From positions 3,787 to 67,786 of the forward strand of contig CBIHNW010000025.1 of the NCBI GenBank assembly GCA_966211795.1: 64,000 nucleotides of DNA, read 5' to 3'. Under the pieces are notes generated by a model. That model was not told the DNA's origin. It did not search any database and saw only the letters and a list, made by a program, of their open reading frames with translations. Made by a program: the position numbers and the translations under genes. The stretch comes from an uncultured Bdellovibrio sp. GTDB taxonomy: Bacteria > Bdellovibrionota > Bdellovibrionia > Bdellovibrionales > Bdellovibrionaceae. Within the stretch, counting starts at the first letter, position 1. The number at the start of each line of letters is the position of its first letter. Below are positions 63,082-64,000 of this stretch, piece after piece.

Positions 63082-63175
63082 TATCTATATGGACTAGGAA
63101 ATGTATTTATACTCTTTAGAGCTTGAAACAAAAAGTGCCATCGCTGCCACTAATAATTCCATCTTCTATTTTGAT

Positions 63176-63655
63176 TTAAGATTTGCTCTGGAATTCATCA
63201 CGAGCCTTCTGAAGCTTTGCATATGCCGCTTTATAGCCTTCCTGGAACTCTTCCCTATTCAATGGAATTCCAAAACAAAATATGAATGGCTTTGAGTCTC
63301 TTTCAACATAAACGTCAATGCGTCCTCCAAACCAACTCTTCAGACGGGTGACCTCAGCCCACGAAAAAAACTGGTCGTCGAAACCTATGCCCCGATCCGT
63401 AGCGGTCACATTTTTTTTAAACCTAAGCACCCATGGCAAGGTGAAAACCAAACCTACAACAGCAAGTAATGCAATAAAGCCTGCAATAAATTTTGAATTT
63501 GTTTCCGCATAATTTGGAGACAAAAAGATTAAAATTATCAACATAGTCGAACAGAAAACGGCGATGCCAATGTGGTGCGCCCTACTTACCCTTGTGCGAT
63601 GGCCAACATTTGAGAAAATAACTTTTTCGCCCGTATTATTTTTGATCTTCATCAT
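63176..63655 (-). CDS. hypothetical membrane protein (2 TM plus a soluble C-terminal domain)
   Basis: Hairpin TM pair followed by a roughly 70-aa charged domain. Confidence 0.45.
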   Translation of the reverse strand: MMKIKNNTGEKVIFSNVGHRTRVSRAHHIGIAVFCSTMLIILIFLSPNYAETNSKFIAGFIALLAVVGLVFTLPWVLRFKKNVTATDRGIGFDDQFFSWAEVTRLKSWFGGRIDVYVERDSKPFIFCFGIPLNREEFQEGYKAAYAKLQKARDEFQSKS

Positions 63656-63793
63656 TTAACTCATTAGCTTTCTCATTCACATTCCTAGCATTTTTATCTT
63701 CTTGAGTTCGAATATGAAGTCTCTAACCTGGTCGGGCAAAAAGAATCTAGCTGCTAGAACTTTCATTCAAAGAGAAAAATTCAATTATTCCAC

Positions 63794-64000
63794 CTAACCG
63801 ACATATTTCAGATAAAAGCCAAAGGCGAACCAAAGCAATGCTGAAAACACAGTCACAAACTGTATTTTTTTGGTAAGGGGATCAATGGGCATTCCCCATC
63901 CAGCTTTAGTTAAAAATTTCTCTTTCAAGGAATTGTCTTTCATCGGTCTGGAATACTTTTTTTTGCAGTCGACTGAGCCTAATATTGCCCCAAATTGCAA
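63794..64000 (-). CDS. hypothetical membrane protein, N-terminus outside the window
   Basis: The ORF is open to the right edge, with a hydrophobic C-terminal segment. Confidence 0.3.
   Translation of the reverse strand: MQFGAILGSVDCKKKYSRPMKDNSLKEKFLTKAGWGMPIDPLTKKIQFVTVFSALLWFAFGFYLKYVG

Overview
This 64-kb window looks like chromosome from a Gram-negative bacterium, judged from the Mla-like, LolC/E-like, LpxR-like and outer-membrane barrel genes. The many Sec-signal hydrolases and lipoproteins are reminiscent of a Bdellovibrio-like predator, but that is inference only. I call about 75 protein-coding genes and one tRNA-Ala(GGC). I see no rRNA, CRISPR array, transposase or integrase.

Housekeeping blocks:
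- A single minus-strand operon (40078-48723) encodes the whole shikimate pathway plus the tyrosine branch: tyrA-type CM/PDH, DAHP synthase, aroA, aroC, an aminotransferase, aroB and an AroK-AroD-AroE fusion.
- A lysine and peptidoglycan-precursor neighbourhood holds murI, lysA, an M14 amidase and dapD.
- An Mla-like/LolC-like envelope operon spans 51162-54908.
- A stress-type cluster holds an SDR, a Zn-ADH, an SRPBCC protein and a hemerythrin.
- Also present are an orphan HAMP histidine kinase, an HD-GYP protein, BenE and RidA.

Accessory or unusual content:
1. A cryptic operon (stand-alone NRPS-type adenylation enzyme, membrane FNR-like reductase, crotonase) with a divergent LysR gene.
2. Two diverged copies of a roughly 1.5-kb module. 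Each has a degenerate TGAAGCTTTGCGC repeat array, a conserved leader of about 245 nt, and an HNH endonuclease gene. One copy sits between murI and lysA.
3. Two inverted paralogous lipoprotein genes bracketing a 5.6-kb cassette.
4. A Sec-secreted R-STS-ExE mono-ADP-ribosyltransferase with a tightly linked secreted partner.
5. An MlaF-like ABC ATPase in which all five catalytic motifs are substituted.
6. A 22-bp ACCCGGGT-centred palindromic operator, present as pairs in two similarly organised promoters (a DUF2239 gene and a SAM methyltransferase gene).
7. A secreted protein made of 14 GPGGxxYx octapeptide repeats.
8. A progressively AT-rich tract of orphan secreted and membrane genes downstream of tRNA-Ala.

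All calls rest on reading the ORF translations and the DNA by eye. No database search was run, so family names are motif-based and start codons are best guesses.
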